The translations under genes and the position numbers were made by a program. A stretch of DNA of 63,880 nucleotides, counting the filler, from Reticulomyxa filosa (taxonomy: Eukaryota > Protista > Foraminifera): NCBI GenBank assembly GCA_000512085.1. It is 22 parts of 22 records of this genome, joined end to end, with 100 filler letters (N's around TTAATTAATTAA, not from the genome) between each part and the next. Parts side by side here need not be neighbours in the genome. Positions count along the whole stretch, not along the records: positions 48,124 to 52,153 come from ASPP01001067.1; positions 52,254 to 53,491 come from ASPP01045853.1; positions 53,592 to 54,622 come from ASPP01022975.1; positions 54,723 to 57,822 come from ASPP01009492.1; positions 57,923 to 61,657 come from ASPP01019718.1; positions 61,758 to 63,880 come from ASPP01040665.1; 16 more parts are not named here. One strand, 5' to 3'. The notes under the pieces are model-generated. The model worked only from the letters and a program-made list of their open reading frames with translations. It searched no databases and was not told where the DNA came from. Of this stretch, positions 51,469 through 63,880 are shown one piece after another (position 1 is the stretch's first letter; each line of letters begins with the position of its first letter).

Positions 51469-52070
51469 CTACATATAAAACGCACCACGATGATTGTTTG
51501 CAAACAAACAAAAAAAGATATCAGCAGCAATAGCGAGAGCAAAAAAGATAACAAACATAATCCAAAAGCTACAGAAAATGCTAGTAAAGTCTCTAATTTT
51601 TATACACCCAACATAACCTCCGATAGTGACTGAAAGGGTAGTGGTAAGAAGGATCAAAAATGCAACCGCAACTGAAGACTATCTGTAATCGTATGATCTC
51701 ATCAAAATCTTCCAGATTTCGACGTACACCATCAGCGATCCGATTATACAAAAACATTAAATTGGTAATAACGAGGGTCAATGTGAGAATCAAAAATATA
51801 AGAAAGTCACTACATTTTCATGTAAAAGTTGCACGAGCAGCTGCAGGTAATACGTTGGTTAAAGCCATACGAGGCTCTGTTCCAGCCATTGGTATTCAGC
51901 TGTCGTCGGAGTACGTAGTCAGAACTCAGAGATATCAACTCAACGCCGCCGACCAAAGCTCGCAAGAGGGCAGTCATCCAACATTGCTGGAAATGCATAT
52001 AAACTGGTGCTTTTTGCAATTACAACAGTACAATATTTTTGCCTACAATCCATATTCTCACATTTGAATC
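51469..52070 (-). pseudogene. Disrupted membrane-protein gene
   Basis: Hydrophobic segments across two frames, with in-frame stops. Confidence 0.35.
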
Positions 52071-53852
52071 GGTCGTCTCATGTTTGATGTTCACATTTGG
52101 TGCTGGCGTTTTTATTTAAGTTAATGTGCACCTTGTGTTGTACATTCGGACGTNNNNNNNNNNNNNNNNNNNNNNNNNNNNNNNNNNNNNNNNNNNNTTA
52201 ATTAATTAANNNNNNNNNNNNNNNNNNNNNNNNNNNNNNNNNNNNNNNNNNNNATTAAATGTTGTTTTTTCATGGAGAAACACAATCGTCTCTATAAAGT
52301 GGCATTTTAGGTGTCAAGTTTCTTTTTTATCTTACTGTAGAACGAATAATCATTATCAATATTTCAAACAATATTGAAAAAGTTTATCGCATTCTAACCT
52401 GCCATTTGTTCTTTCATGTCAGTTATCTCCATCTTGATAAATGTGGCAAGTGATCTGATTTTTATTTGTTCAAATAAAAATAATGTACCCCTTTTTGCTT
52501 TGTTGATTTGAAGTTTTTTATTGTTATTGACTGTCTAATAAAACTACGGAATATAATGTATTGATTTGTTTTTGTTTTTATTTTATATTTTGATATTTTT
52601 TAAGTTTTTGGAGTTTAATAAAAAATATCATTGTTTTAAATCTTATCCACAAATGTCTTAAAATAAAAGTCAAGTCGTAGTATGATGTCTTGTAATTTAC
52701 ATAACAAAAAACATAAATCATAAAGTAAAACTTACACATTGTATTAGGTACTACGCTTGCTAAACATAAAACTTAGTAATACAAACAAAAAGGAGTAAAT
52801 TAATAATATACTGTATCTTATCAACATTAAGCAGCAAAGAAAATCATAAGTTAAAAAATCATCTGCCTATTTAAAATTTAGTTTGGCAAGAAAACTTGAT
52901 GAAAACAGGAAACAATAAGATGTTATTTGTAATTTGATGAATTTATATCGTGCGGCCAGCTCGTTAAATTTAATGGTCAGATTTAATGTAAGCTATTGGA
53001 TTTTGTCAATGATCTTTTGTATTTTTATAGTATCTGCTGACAGTTTAAAAATTAAATTTGCGCTATCGAAATGGCTTTAAAAGATTTTTAAATTGTTAGT
53101 ACTGCTAATACGGATGAAAAAAAGTGATGATACAATGTAATATTAAATATGCATAGTGTTATACCGTCAACAGGTCATCATTGACTATTTTAATGCGTCT
53201 GCTAACAGAATTATTAATTACCTCCCAAGGGGGAGTTAATGCTTTTCCTCGATTTAGCTGAAACGACATAATTCTCTTGCAAATGTCAAAAATCAATTGA
53301 TAAACACAGTTTCATAATAAAATAACATTACCTTAAAGCGGCATTTGAATATCTTTATGTTTTCCTCGATGTTAATTCATAACAAATAGATTCTACAGCA
53401 CGTATCCAACTATTTTAACTTATCACCGTTCCTATTAATGTAGGATTGTCGTAAAAAGACCGGAATTAGTTCTAAAATAATCTACGCTTTTNNNNNNNNN
53501 NNNNNNNNNNNNNNNNNNNNNNNNNNNNNNNNNNNTTAATTAATTAANNNNNNNNNNNNNNNNNNNNNNNNNNNNNNNNNNNNNNNNNNNNTTTCAGTTT
53601 TGTTTGCCAAATTTATGTTCAAAATTCATTTTTCATTTGTCAATGAAAAAGTGTATGTATTTAATGGTATTCCAATTTATGAATATATATTTCATAAATG
53701 AATGTAGTGTATTGAATCGATCATGGCAACAAATTGCTCACTTTGTGGATATTTAGTGTCAACAATGACGACAAAACAGTGACACTGTTTTTGCTGTTGG
53801 GGTTGTGTTTATGAAAAAATTTTCTTTAAAGACCATCGAATAAAAGAGACTA

Positions 53853-54544
53853 ATGTTGACCGTTTGGCTATTGTGCATAACAACCCATTTCATGGGGCTC
53901 TGTCAAAGTGCCAATTTGAATAATTTGGCTTGGCCTCAAATGCGGCGGACAGTAGATAACTTAGCACGTAGTAGTTTTTCCACAGCAACAATCGCAAATA
54001 ATAAACAATTGGCAAATAATCTGTGGCATTACCCCACCGAGAAAGGGATTTTCAGTACTCCAATATTAAGTCACGATAGCAAAGTGGCGTTGGTGGGAAG
54101 TGCAGATAACAATTTTTACGCAGTGAAGATGTTTGCATTCGACACAGATCCCCAAAATCTGTTACAATGGAAATTTGAGACCGATGATATAATTGACTCA
54201 GCGGGTGCATTGTTGCCATTTGGGACGGAAGGAAGCTATTTGGTATTAATTCCATCCGCAGACGGACATATTTATGCTGTGAATGAAAGCGACGGTTCAT
54301 TGCGTTGGTCGTTTAAAGCAGACAATGTAAAGAATTCGGCAGATGCCAATGCGGGAATGCATTGCAAGATAAGTGGCACGCCACAAGGGGGTTTAGCGGC
54401 ATGGTTTGAGGGAAATGTTAAAGTAGTGCAATATGATTATTACAGTCAGTATGGTTTGCAGCAAACCATGATTTATGCTGGTTGTGACGATATTCGATTG
54501 TATGGCCTCAATTCCACCGGACAACTTCAATTTTCGTTTTACAC
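53853..54544 (+). CDS. Secreted PQQ-type (BamB-like) beta-propeller protein, first exon; 3'-truncated
   Basis: Signal peptide; WPQMRR; WHYPTEKGIFSTPI; VGSADNNFYAV; WKFETDDIIDS; SADGHIYAVNESDGSLRWSF; donor GTAAGA at 54545. Confidence 0.8.
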
Positions 54545-56013
54545 GTAAGATAAATAAAAAAAAAAAAGAGATGTTCTCTTTTTTTTTTTTTTTTTTTTTT
54601 TGTGTTTTTTTTTTTTTTTTTTNNNNNNNNNNNNNNNNNNNNNNNNNNNNNNNNNNNNNNNNNNNNTTAATTAATTAANNNNNNNNNNNNNNNNNNNNNN
54701 NNNNNNNNNNNNNNNNNNNNNNTTTTTCATGGAGAAAATCAATTATCATAGGATATCGTTTTAGGCATTCAGTTTTCTTTGCAACTTACTGTATAATGCA
54801 AATAATAGATAAACATCAGTCTTGATGCATATATTGTACAAAATTCTTACCAAAATAAGCATAAAATATGTTTTATAAACAACAAAACAATAATCAAAAT
54901 GCATAAACTACATTCGTGTTAATTTAATGTTAATAAATTACGAAACAAAAAAAAAATTTGTTAGATCAAAGATGTTTCCAAATTTTGATCGTATATTACG
55001 GAAATTTACGTAAAAATATTATAGTCATCAAATTTTTAATTATTTTTTCTTGGTCAAGAATTTATATTTTTTTTACTACGAACGCATTCCTTTTCTTTTA
55101 TTAAAATAAATACACGTCGATCACAAGTTGTAGTAATTTGTGCAATTTCTCATTGTTTTTTTAAAATAATCTAGCAACTAATCTTAAATTATGATCTAAT
55201 GGTGATGATTTAGTATTTTGTAACATAATATTACAAAAACTATCTGTAAAAAACTTCATTTATTACAATCCATTGGATCATTGATCAATTTTACAGTGGT
55301 CGTTGAAAATATAGTAAAAGTTTCCGTTTCGTTATTATGCTATTGTTGATATCCCCTTCTACTTTGTTGAAGTTATTCACTTCGGCATGCATATTTAACA
55401 AATATTTTTAGGTTATTTAAAAATATATTGTATCAATTGTAAACAATCATTGTACTATTTTGAATGGTTTATATTTATATCATTAGATTTAATTAATGTA
55501 TCTCTTTTTTCTGGCATTGTATTACTGTGACCATACCATACAAATATCAATGAATCATTATTGTTATTATTTTCATTGTCGCGTTTTAATTAATTAGTGC
55601 AATGCTCCATTAAAAAAAAGATTGAACCGATTTAATGTCAATAATTCAGTTTCAGTCTTATTTGGATCATTACAAAATACCTTGTACCCGTACATTTCTC
55701 AAATAATTTTCGAAACATCATTAAATCTACTTTCACTCCGGCAAGTAACCCAAAGTTTTATATTTCCGGCTCCTTTAAGTTTTTTTCATTTTACAAAAAA
55801 TTTTTGTTTTTTTTTTTGGAGTGTACCTGAGCTTCCTACAAGAGTTTTGCCTGACTATTGCAAATCTCGAAAAAAAAAAAGAAGGAGTTACCAAATGTAT
55901 CTTTCTCATCTCCAAATTTTTTGGCAATAAAAGTACGATTGATTCCCTTATGCGAAGTAAGAATAGGAATTTGAGATTAAGAATAATAAAAAAAAAGCGA
56001 AGGAAAAGAAAGA

Positions 56014-57750
56014 TTAAATTTTAGGCAAAGCCAACATTTCTTTTTCATCGTTAATCCCTTCTTCAATAATTTTCAAGTCTTGAAAGTCAGTTTCAAGAGT
56101 TTGTGTCATATGTCGAATGAATTGGTTTTGGTTTTTCAGAAAGTCGTAAATGCGTTCCATTGCCTTTGTGTCCATTTTTTCGGTGGGAAGTAGAGCGCGA
56201 GTACCGACGGTAGTGGAGCCACTAGCACTGGTCGACGACAGCTGTTCATCCAACCTGCGAAGTTCGTGTGCAAGTTGGCGTGATTCATCCACAAGCCGTT
56301 TCAAAATCTGTTTCAATTGGCGTTCCGAAGGTTGCAACCCGGAGAAATGTGGATTAATAAATGACGGCATGCCATAGGCGTGGATATTGCGAGACACGAG
56401 CGGTTCTACCGCCGTGGCAATGGCATATTGGCGCATCACGGCCAGCATGCGACCGGATAGTCTTATTTGCGTCCGTTTCACTGTCTCAATTTCCTCTTGT
56501 AGCTTTTGGTTTATTTTCGTCCGCAGCTCGGCCAATTTGTTCGACAAATCCTGCACCGCACGTTGTTTTTTTTTTTTTTTTTTAACGTTATACATATCGA
56601 CATATATGCATATGTATATGTATGTATATAAAAAAAAAAATTATATATATATATATATGTGTGTATATGTGTAGGGGGGGGGCTAAACACAAAGTGAACT
56701 TTTCAACAACAAAAAAATACTCAATTGGCCATAGATAATAACTTCAAGCGCAGTTTGACAAGACACATGACCAGCCAAACACAAGTTTGCTCTTTGTGTT
56801 AAACTCGTATAACCTCGAATTGCCACTGGAGTCAAGCTACATACATATACATATACGTATATGTACCATGTTTGTTTATTTATTTATTTATTTGGATCGA
56901 TTGACCGTTGGGAAAAGACTTTGCAAGGACTTAACTTTTCAGGATCGGGATTGTGTGCGACAGCAAGGTCCCATGACTGCGGTCGAACAGGAGGGGGTTT
57001 GCAAAAGCGCCCCGCCGTGGAAGGGGGGATTTTGTTATAAAATATGAACTGTGGTGATACATTGGTCCAAACAAGCGCAAGTGAGTTTCAAAAGTGTACA
57101 CTTTTTTTTTTTTTTTTTATTGATTCATTGATCTTTTCTTTTCTCAATGGGGAAAAAAAACAAAACAAAACTTCAAATCTGCAATTCGGTGACTTGGGTT
57201 CGTACTGAAAGAAGATATTTTTGACTTCGTCCAAAGGGTTTCCAGAAAATTCGGGGGCCGCTGAACGTTCCCAGTTGAAGTCGGGTTCTTTTTTGTTAGC
57301 GGTGCTGTTGCTGGCGCCGGTGCCACTCCAATCCCAGACTTCATCTTTTTTGCCACCGCTGCCGCTGCTGCCGCTACCGCCACTACTGCCCGCGCTACTG
57401 CCAGTGCCACCACCACCACTGCTGCTGCTGCTGCTGCCGCTGCTTGCACCTCCGTCCCAAGACCAGCTGCTGCTGCCGCCTTGGCTACCTTGATTTCGAT
57501 CAAAGCGCAAAGTAAGTTGGATTTATGTTTGAGTGCAAAAATCGATTGTGATGCACCAAGTGTCAAAACAAAGCCTCATTTCACACAGTCCTGCGTCAAT
57601 GTCTCATTGTCTACGTAACTGCCCACAAAGCTGCTCGACTCAAATCCTCCAGTGCTCGTGTCCGATTTGCCAACTCCCCAATCCGTTGCTTTATCGTTAA
57701 ATGACCATCTTTCCTCACACCACACATTACATGTGTACTTTGCAACCAAA
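56014..57750 (-). CDS. NUP54: Nucleoporin Nup54/Nup57 (multi-exon; 5' end uncertain)
   Basis: YEPKSPNCRFE|FIFYN; PQSWDLAVAHNPDPE; coiled coil with LQPSERQLKQIL; IYDFLKNQNQFIRHMTQTLETDFQDLKII. Confidence 0.75.
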
Positions 57751-57780
57751 AAAAAAAAAAACATGACATACATAATATAC

Positions 57781-57782
<2 letters not shown>

Positions 57783-57822
<40 letters not shown>
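57783..57822. repeat. (TA)n microsatellite at contig end
   Basis: Direct reading. Confidence 0.95.
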
Positions 57823-59185
57823 NNNNNNNNNNNNNNNNNNNNNNNNNNNNNNNNNNNNNNNNNNNNTTAATTAATTAANNNNNNNNNNNNNNNNNNNNNN
57901 NNNNNNNNNNNNNNNNNNNNNNACATTTGCATCAATGCTGAAATAATCTACGAAAAAAATGTCCTTTCCTCCCCTCCTTTTTTTTTTTTTTTTTTGATTT
58001 CCAACAGAGTGGACATTGAAGAGTCCAGTATCTTGGCTTACTTTGCTCTTGCAAATTACTGTTTGTCTTGTTCCAGGAGTTGTCTACAATTCGTTGAGTA
58101 ATTTTTACTTTGACTTGCTTTTTTTTTTTTTTTTTTCTCAAACATATACACATATACACTCCCTTTCAATCTCAAAGCTTTTGTTCTGTTTTCAAGGTAC
58201 AACCGTGAGCGAAATGCAAACTTGTCCGTGATCCTAAGGGAAGCCGAAAATTCCGGATATTTGACAAGCAATGGCGAACACAAACCAACGAAAAAGGTGG
58301 TCGAAGAATATTTGACGAGATAAAATTTTCAAGACCATCTTTGGCTGTATTTATTGTTCGATTTTTGTGAATTTGATATGTGTGGGGGTGCTTGTTTTGC
58401 TTTTTGTGCTTTCACAAAGTGAGACAAGTTTAATGACTGAGTTGAATTTGCTGTTGAATCAGTGCATATTGACATGAACTCCCAAAAAAAAATAGTTTCA
58501 TTCGTCTTTTTTTGTTTATTTTTTTGTTGTCCAACTTGAATCGTTGTTTCGTGGACAACACTGCTTGCGTGCACTTCACCCATAAATGATAATAATATAG
58601 AAACTTTTCCATTTGATCTGATTGAAATCAATTATCTGTTTTCTCCAATCAACTACTTTTTTGTCACCTTTTTCTGGAAAAACTGAATAATTGGAAAAAA
58701 AAAGTGTTGTGATGAAAATTTATATCAGGTAAGGGAGCAAAGGATTAGTAAGGTTTTATACTACATCAAAGGTAGAAAATAGTGTTTGTTTGAAACCTTA
58801 TGTGGAGAAACCTGGCATAGGCAAGGGGGGATGACGAACGGGTGGACACATCTTTGGTCCAGACATAAGACTATTTACTTTTTTTTTTTATCAAAAATAT
58901 TTATTATTACTAGAGATTTGTTGAATAATTTTCCTGTAATAGATTATTTTTTGTTGTATTTTGGCGAATGAATATTTGTGATTAAAAAAAACATTGTCAA
59001 TCTCTTTGAAAGTTTTTTCTTAAAGTCAAATTGTTAATTTCAATGATAATTTTGTTTAGCCTGGCAAAAAAAATGAGAAAAGGCTTTTAATTGATGGAAG
59101 TTGGGATGAGCACAAGAGAATAGATTAATATAACTTAAGTCTCAACACAACAAACAATACCAAAGAAAAGATGCTGAAATGAAGT

Positions 59186-60787
59186 TTATTCACTGGCAGC
59201 TGGTCCCGCGCCTCTGTTGGACAAACAAAAAGCAAAGCAAAGAGCACACAAGTTTAAATCTTATTCATTTCTCTCAATTTTATGTGTGTATGTATAGAGA
59301 TAATCATACTTGAGCCATTCAATGAACATTTTACCAGCATTTTTGATAAGTTTTGATTCGGAGATTTCGATAAGTGATCGTTCACTTTCTTTTTCATACC
59401 AATTCAAAATGCTCTCTTCATCAATAATTTCTTCATCAAACAAGCATAAGAGTATTTCATTGACAAATTCTTGCAATCGTCCTTGGTTGCGACGAGCCAG
59501 GATGACTTCAAATGTTCGAAAGAATTGTTCTGCATCAGCAGGCTCTAATGTCAATTGTTGTAATAAGAATTTGTGTTCTTTCAGTGACTCCATCAACGTT
59601 TGTTCGTCGTTGCAATTTAATGCCGCATCGAGCAATACTTTGTACTTTTGTTCATCATCAAGTCCATACGCCAATTGCAGTCGATAAAGTTCGTCCAGTT
59701 GCTCGTCCAAACTGTGATGACATTCTGTGAAGAACGCTCTGAGCACGTCCACAGGACCGCCAAGAGTTGCGTCCATGCTTGTATCCGACGTTACATTCGC
59801 CGCCGGCCCGGATGCTGCTTCCGTTTGTGCTGTGGCTTCTTCTCCTGCGGGGGATTCGTCCTCATCTTCCTTTTCCTTCTCTTTTTCCGTAGATTTGCCC
59901 TTCACTTTTGTCAGGCGCGCACGTTTCGACTTTGCCAATAACTCCAACTTTTTTTTTTTTTTAAAAATAATTTATATCACTTATCAGTCTCTTTTTTTTT
60001 TTAAAAAAAAAAAACGTAACTTGTTCTTGTGTTCGTTTTGCGATTTCTTTGTCTTGTTGATCCGTTTGCCACGATGGATCATTTTCGTCGTCTTTGGCAG
60101 CAGCAGACGAAACAAGTTTTTTAGTAGACGGTTTGTCTTCGGTAGTGTGCTTTTTCTTTTCCTTGGTAGCTTCTCCTCCTCCAGGAGCTTTCTTTTTGTC
60201 GGGAGGGTTGTTGATCATATAAGTCTTGGTTTTGTTCGGTGATATGTTTTTTCCCTTCCAATTGCAAGACATACACTTTTGCACTAACAATGACTTATTT
60301 GCATCCACTTTCGTTTGAAGCTCCGGCAGCTTGCATTGCGGGCACAAAATGAACTCGTTTATGTATTTCTTCAAGTCTTTTTGAAGTTCGCTTGCTTGAT
60401 GTGCGCCGTTCACAATTCCCACCATACGATCCGAGTCAAAGCGAGATAAGGCACCATTCTCATTGCCAAAAAATTTGGTTACCCCTTTTTTTTTTTTTTT
60501 GTGAACGTGAATACACACCCCTCGTTTGTTTTTACCCTCCCCCCCCTTTTTTTCCTTGTGCTTGTTTGTTTGTTTGTTTTTTGTCTTTTGTTCGTTGATT
60601 GATTGGCTTGCTTTACTCAACAGTCTGGTTGTGTGCGTAATGGCTTGCATACGTCCACGATGTTAACTAAAACTGTTTTAATACCGTTACCACGGCCTTC
60701 AATCTTTGTTTGTAGGGGTGGCATTTTATAACGATAGTTAAGATCATTCTCGTCTCCTCCTATATTTACCAACTTTCCTTTCGACAT
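59186..60787 (-). CDS. EIF5: Translation initiation factor eIF5 (multi-exon)
   Basis: VNIGGDENDLNYRYKMPPLQTKIEGRGNGIKTVLVN; TKFFG; IVNGAH; FILCPQCKLPE...CMSC; W2 domain LFDEEIIDEESILNWY...FIEWLK. Confidence 0.95.
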
Positions 60788-61147
60788 TATTTATCGTAAT
60801 ATTTTACGTTCAAAATAAAAACGCAAAAAATTATTCTCAAAAATTTTCGAAAATTAAATTCACTGAAATTTCTTGTTCTTTGAAAGGTACCCCTTTCCCT
60901 TAAAAAAAGATTTTACACTCCTTAAACGTTCACTTTTCTTTAATTTTAAATGGAGTTGTTCGTTTTTTAGTGTTCCTTAAAAAAGTCTGTGAATAGAGCA
61001 GGCTACTGCTTTATTTTTAAAATATTGGTCTGATTTTTTTGACCCACAATGCAAAGCAAAATAATTTTATTTGTTGACAGATCGTTTCAAAAAATGTTGG
61101 AACACTATTGAAGACAAAGCACTGTTCTTGCCCCTTTCCTTGCACTT

Positions 61148-61612
61148 TTGGATGAAATGTATCATCAGACACCAGATGACGACTGCAATGATTTTTCTGA
61201 CATTGAAAATGTATTACGTCGACATAATCTATCAGATGATGTTCGTGATGACATACTGAAAGCGTTCCAAGTGACAACAAAGGTGGTATCAATAGAGGAA
61301 AATGAGGCAATAATCAAAACGAAAGAAAAGCTGAAAGAATATAAAAAAAGAGAGAAAGACACAAGAGAAAGACAAAAGGAGATTGCAAAAGTGGGTAAGC
61401 AGTGCAAAGAGTCAATCAATGCAAAAATGGAAGAGTTAATGTCAATACTAAAAACTCGAAAAACCGAGTTGATTGACCAAGTGTCAATCATGGAAGAAAT
61501 CGAGCACAAAAAATATGAGCGAATGATTGAACTGTTGCAAGAGTGTCAACAAGACATGGAAGAAGTTTTTAAAACGAAGCAAACCAATATTCTTAAAAAA
61601 AAAAAAAAGTAA
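61148..61612 (+). CDS. Coiled-coil protein (B-box C-terminal-like), 3'-truncated, divergent from eIF5
   Basis: Heptad-rich CKESINAKMEELMSILKTRKTELIDQV. Confidence 0.5.
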   Translation: MDEMYHQTPDDDCNDFSDIENVLRRHNLSDDVRDDILKAFQVTTKVVSIEENEAIIKTKEKLKEYKKREKDTRERQKEIAKVGKQCKESINAKMEELMSILKTRKTELIDQVSIMEEIEHKKYERMIELLQECQQDMEEVFKTKQTNILKKKKK

Positions 61613-61624
61613 TACAAATGGCTC

Positions 61625-61657
<33 letters not shown>

Positions 61658-61757
61658 NNNNNNNNNNNNNNNNNNNNNNNNNNNNNNNNNNNNNNNNNNN
61701 NTTAATTAATTAANNNNNNNNNNNNNNNNNNNNNNNNNNNNNNNNNNNNNNNNNNNN

Positions 61758-63880
61758 AATTACAGGCCAATTGCATTGCTTTCCAGTGTTGGTAAATTAT
61801 TGGAAAGAATTATTACAATGCGATTAATGTGGTTTTTGAATGAAAATCAATTATTACATCAGTGTCAGGCATGGTTTCAATCCTGGCACAATACATCAGA
61901 ACTATTGCTGCGAATTACAGAGTCAATCCATGCATCGTTTGACGAAAACTCAGTTACATATGCGGTTCTTCTCGACATCTCATCTGCTTATGATAGTGTT
62001 TGGAGAGATGGATTGCGTTACAAGATGCGAAAAGAATTTGGAATCAATGGAAGGATGTACTGGTGGCTCGATAGTTTCTTAAAAGATAGATTCGGTCAAG
62101 TTGTACTAAATGGTGTCAGTTCCAGTGAAAAAGAATTTGATAATGGTGTTCCACAAGGTTCGGCATTATCGCCATTGTTGTTTCTTCTGTATATCAATGA
62201 TATTACTGAAGCAGTCCAAGATCCAATTCAGTGCGGTATGTTTGCAGATGACGTCGCATTGTGGACCTCAATTTATACCAGTGATCAACAGGAAATGAAC
62301 AGACAACTGAACTTATTGCAACAAAGCCTGGAAGGCATATCTCTGTGACCTCCAGATGGAAAATGCTTATGGCTCCAGACAAAACCCAATCTATCACTTT
62401 CAGAATGAAAATAAAACAAAATTTCCAAAAATGCAATTAACATTAAATAACACTCCAATCCAAGAAGCAGAACATGTGAAGTACTTGGGATTAATTATGG
62501 ACTCTAAACTTACGTATCAAAGTCATATTAATTATGTGTATGTAAAGGTAGCCAGGAAACTTTGTTATTTAACAGTTCTGTGCTCTTATAAAGGAATCCG
62601 CACCAGTTTATCTGTCTATAACATATTATACAAACCATAATTAGACCTTCGTTGAATATGCGAGTGCATTCTGGAATGGTGCAGCAAATTCACATAAGCG
62701 TCGTCTTGACAGAATTCAAAGATTAGCCATGTACAGAATTCTTGGAGCATGAACTCCACTGCATACGATACTGTTAACATTTTATCACAAATTCCTCCAT
62801 TAGAATTACGACGTCAACAAGAAGAAGTGAAGCTATATCATAAATGTATTCGTTGATCAAATAAATTTCCTGATCACAACATGACTTTAGGATTTCAAAT
62901 TTGGCAAAGAAATCATGATATTAAACCAGGAGAAAGATTTTGTTGTTCGGAAAATTATCGACATTATCCAGAGCCTACATTCATGCAAAGAAGTTGGAGT
63001 CCTAAAAGTGGATAGCGATAAATTCCCATTTTGGAATAAACCAATGTGTATTGAGAAACTTCCAATCACAGAAATTCTCCTTTTGAAAAATAGATGGAGC
63101 CAACTACAGAACAAATTTTGGAGTCATTTGATGCAAATAAAGTAGTAATCTTTGCAAGTGAAAGTACCAAACCAGAGCATGGAATTGGATATGATGGTTT
63201 GGTAATTCAAGATAATTCACTTCCAAATTTGCTGGAGTTAGAATTTCCAATCAATGGCATTACAACAGAATTGAAAGCGAAATTGAAGAAGTTCGTCAAT
63301 GATTGGAGTACACCATACAAAAATACAAAGATACTGACACTAGAGTTGTAATACTTTATGACTCTAAATTTGTTGTCAATGCAATTCTCAACAATGCAAC
63401 TCAGAAACGTATAATTTCCATGTTGCAGATTGTCAAAGATTAATGAAAATACTTGGAGTTAGTGATATACCTGAAATGTATTGTATTAAAGGTCACTCAT
63501 ATATTCCAGGAAATGAACGTGCTGATGCAATAGCAAAAAGACTAGATTTAAAGCAGATATGGATCTACCTGATCTGTATCGCAGACCAGGTATATCGTCT
63601 ACATTTATGAACTCTCAAGGACTGAATCCATTCTTTACATAAGAATGTAACAGACATTGGGCGAATGAAGGAAACGAAATGAAGCCTCACAAACATGCCA
63701 AACGATTTTTACGTAATTTGACAGAGTCTCAGTCATTTGAAAAGATTGCGCTCCATAATTTGGATGTTTATGAACGCAGAATTATTTGCAGGATTATTAC
63801 TGGAAAAGTAGGATTGAATGTTTCTGTTCAAAATTAAACAAAATTATACACCAGATTGTAAATGGTGCGAAGGAGAAGAA
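61758..63880 (+). mobile_element. Decayed non-LTR retrotransposon ORF2: RT, RNase H and the start of a C-terminal Cys motif
   Basis: NYRPIALLSSVGKLLERII, LDISSAYDSVW, GVPQGSALSPLLFLLYIND, FADD, KYLG; RNase H IKGHSYIPGNERADAIA; terminal PDCKWCEGE; many stops and frameshifts. Confidence 0.95.

Noticed and set aside
52341-53491. Possible genes or RNA genes in contig 18 and other AT-rich stretches
   Set aside because: No ORF, tRNA or rRNA signature I can support
1699-61757. Regularly recurring TTAATTAATTAA as a CRISPR-like or biological repeat
   Set aside because: Always embedded in N44 flanks, so it is a concatenation linker; neighbourhoods across it carry no biological meaning

Overview
This window is not one locus. 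It is 22 short contigs joined by 21 artificial 100-nt spacers (N44-TTAATTAATTAA-N44, which carries stops in all six frames). Twenty-one contigs are AT-rich eukaryotic DNA with GT-AG introns full of poly-A/poly-T and microsatellites, expanded Kelch-like and WD40 families, many pseudogenes and decayed RNase H-bearing LINEs. This style strongly suggests the foraminiferan Reticulomyxa filosa or a relative (inference, not verified). Recognisable host genes are a CDPK, a fungal-type uracil-5-carboxylate (isoorotate) decarboxylase, a TPK/KCO-like K+ channel with EF-hands, FUN14, TIM10, Nup54, eIF5, a formin GBD/FH3 fragment, a PQQ-type beta-propeller protein, a rolling-stone-like membrane protein, and two paralogous C-terminal fragments that look like PPR-SMR proteins. 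One GC-rich contig (10813-12691) is bacterial: pilS-pilR, then a palindrome interrupted by what may be the non-coding end of an IS110-family element. Many frameshifts sit in homopolymers and look like sequencing errors. Best leads: the PPR-SMR-like family, the IDCase with a mitochondrial-presequence-like extension, Nup54 with Trp motifs where FG repeats are expected, and the candidate IS110 bridge/seek-RNA end. Family assignments come from motif recognition by eye; no searches were run.
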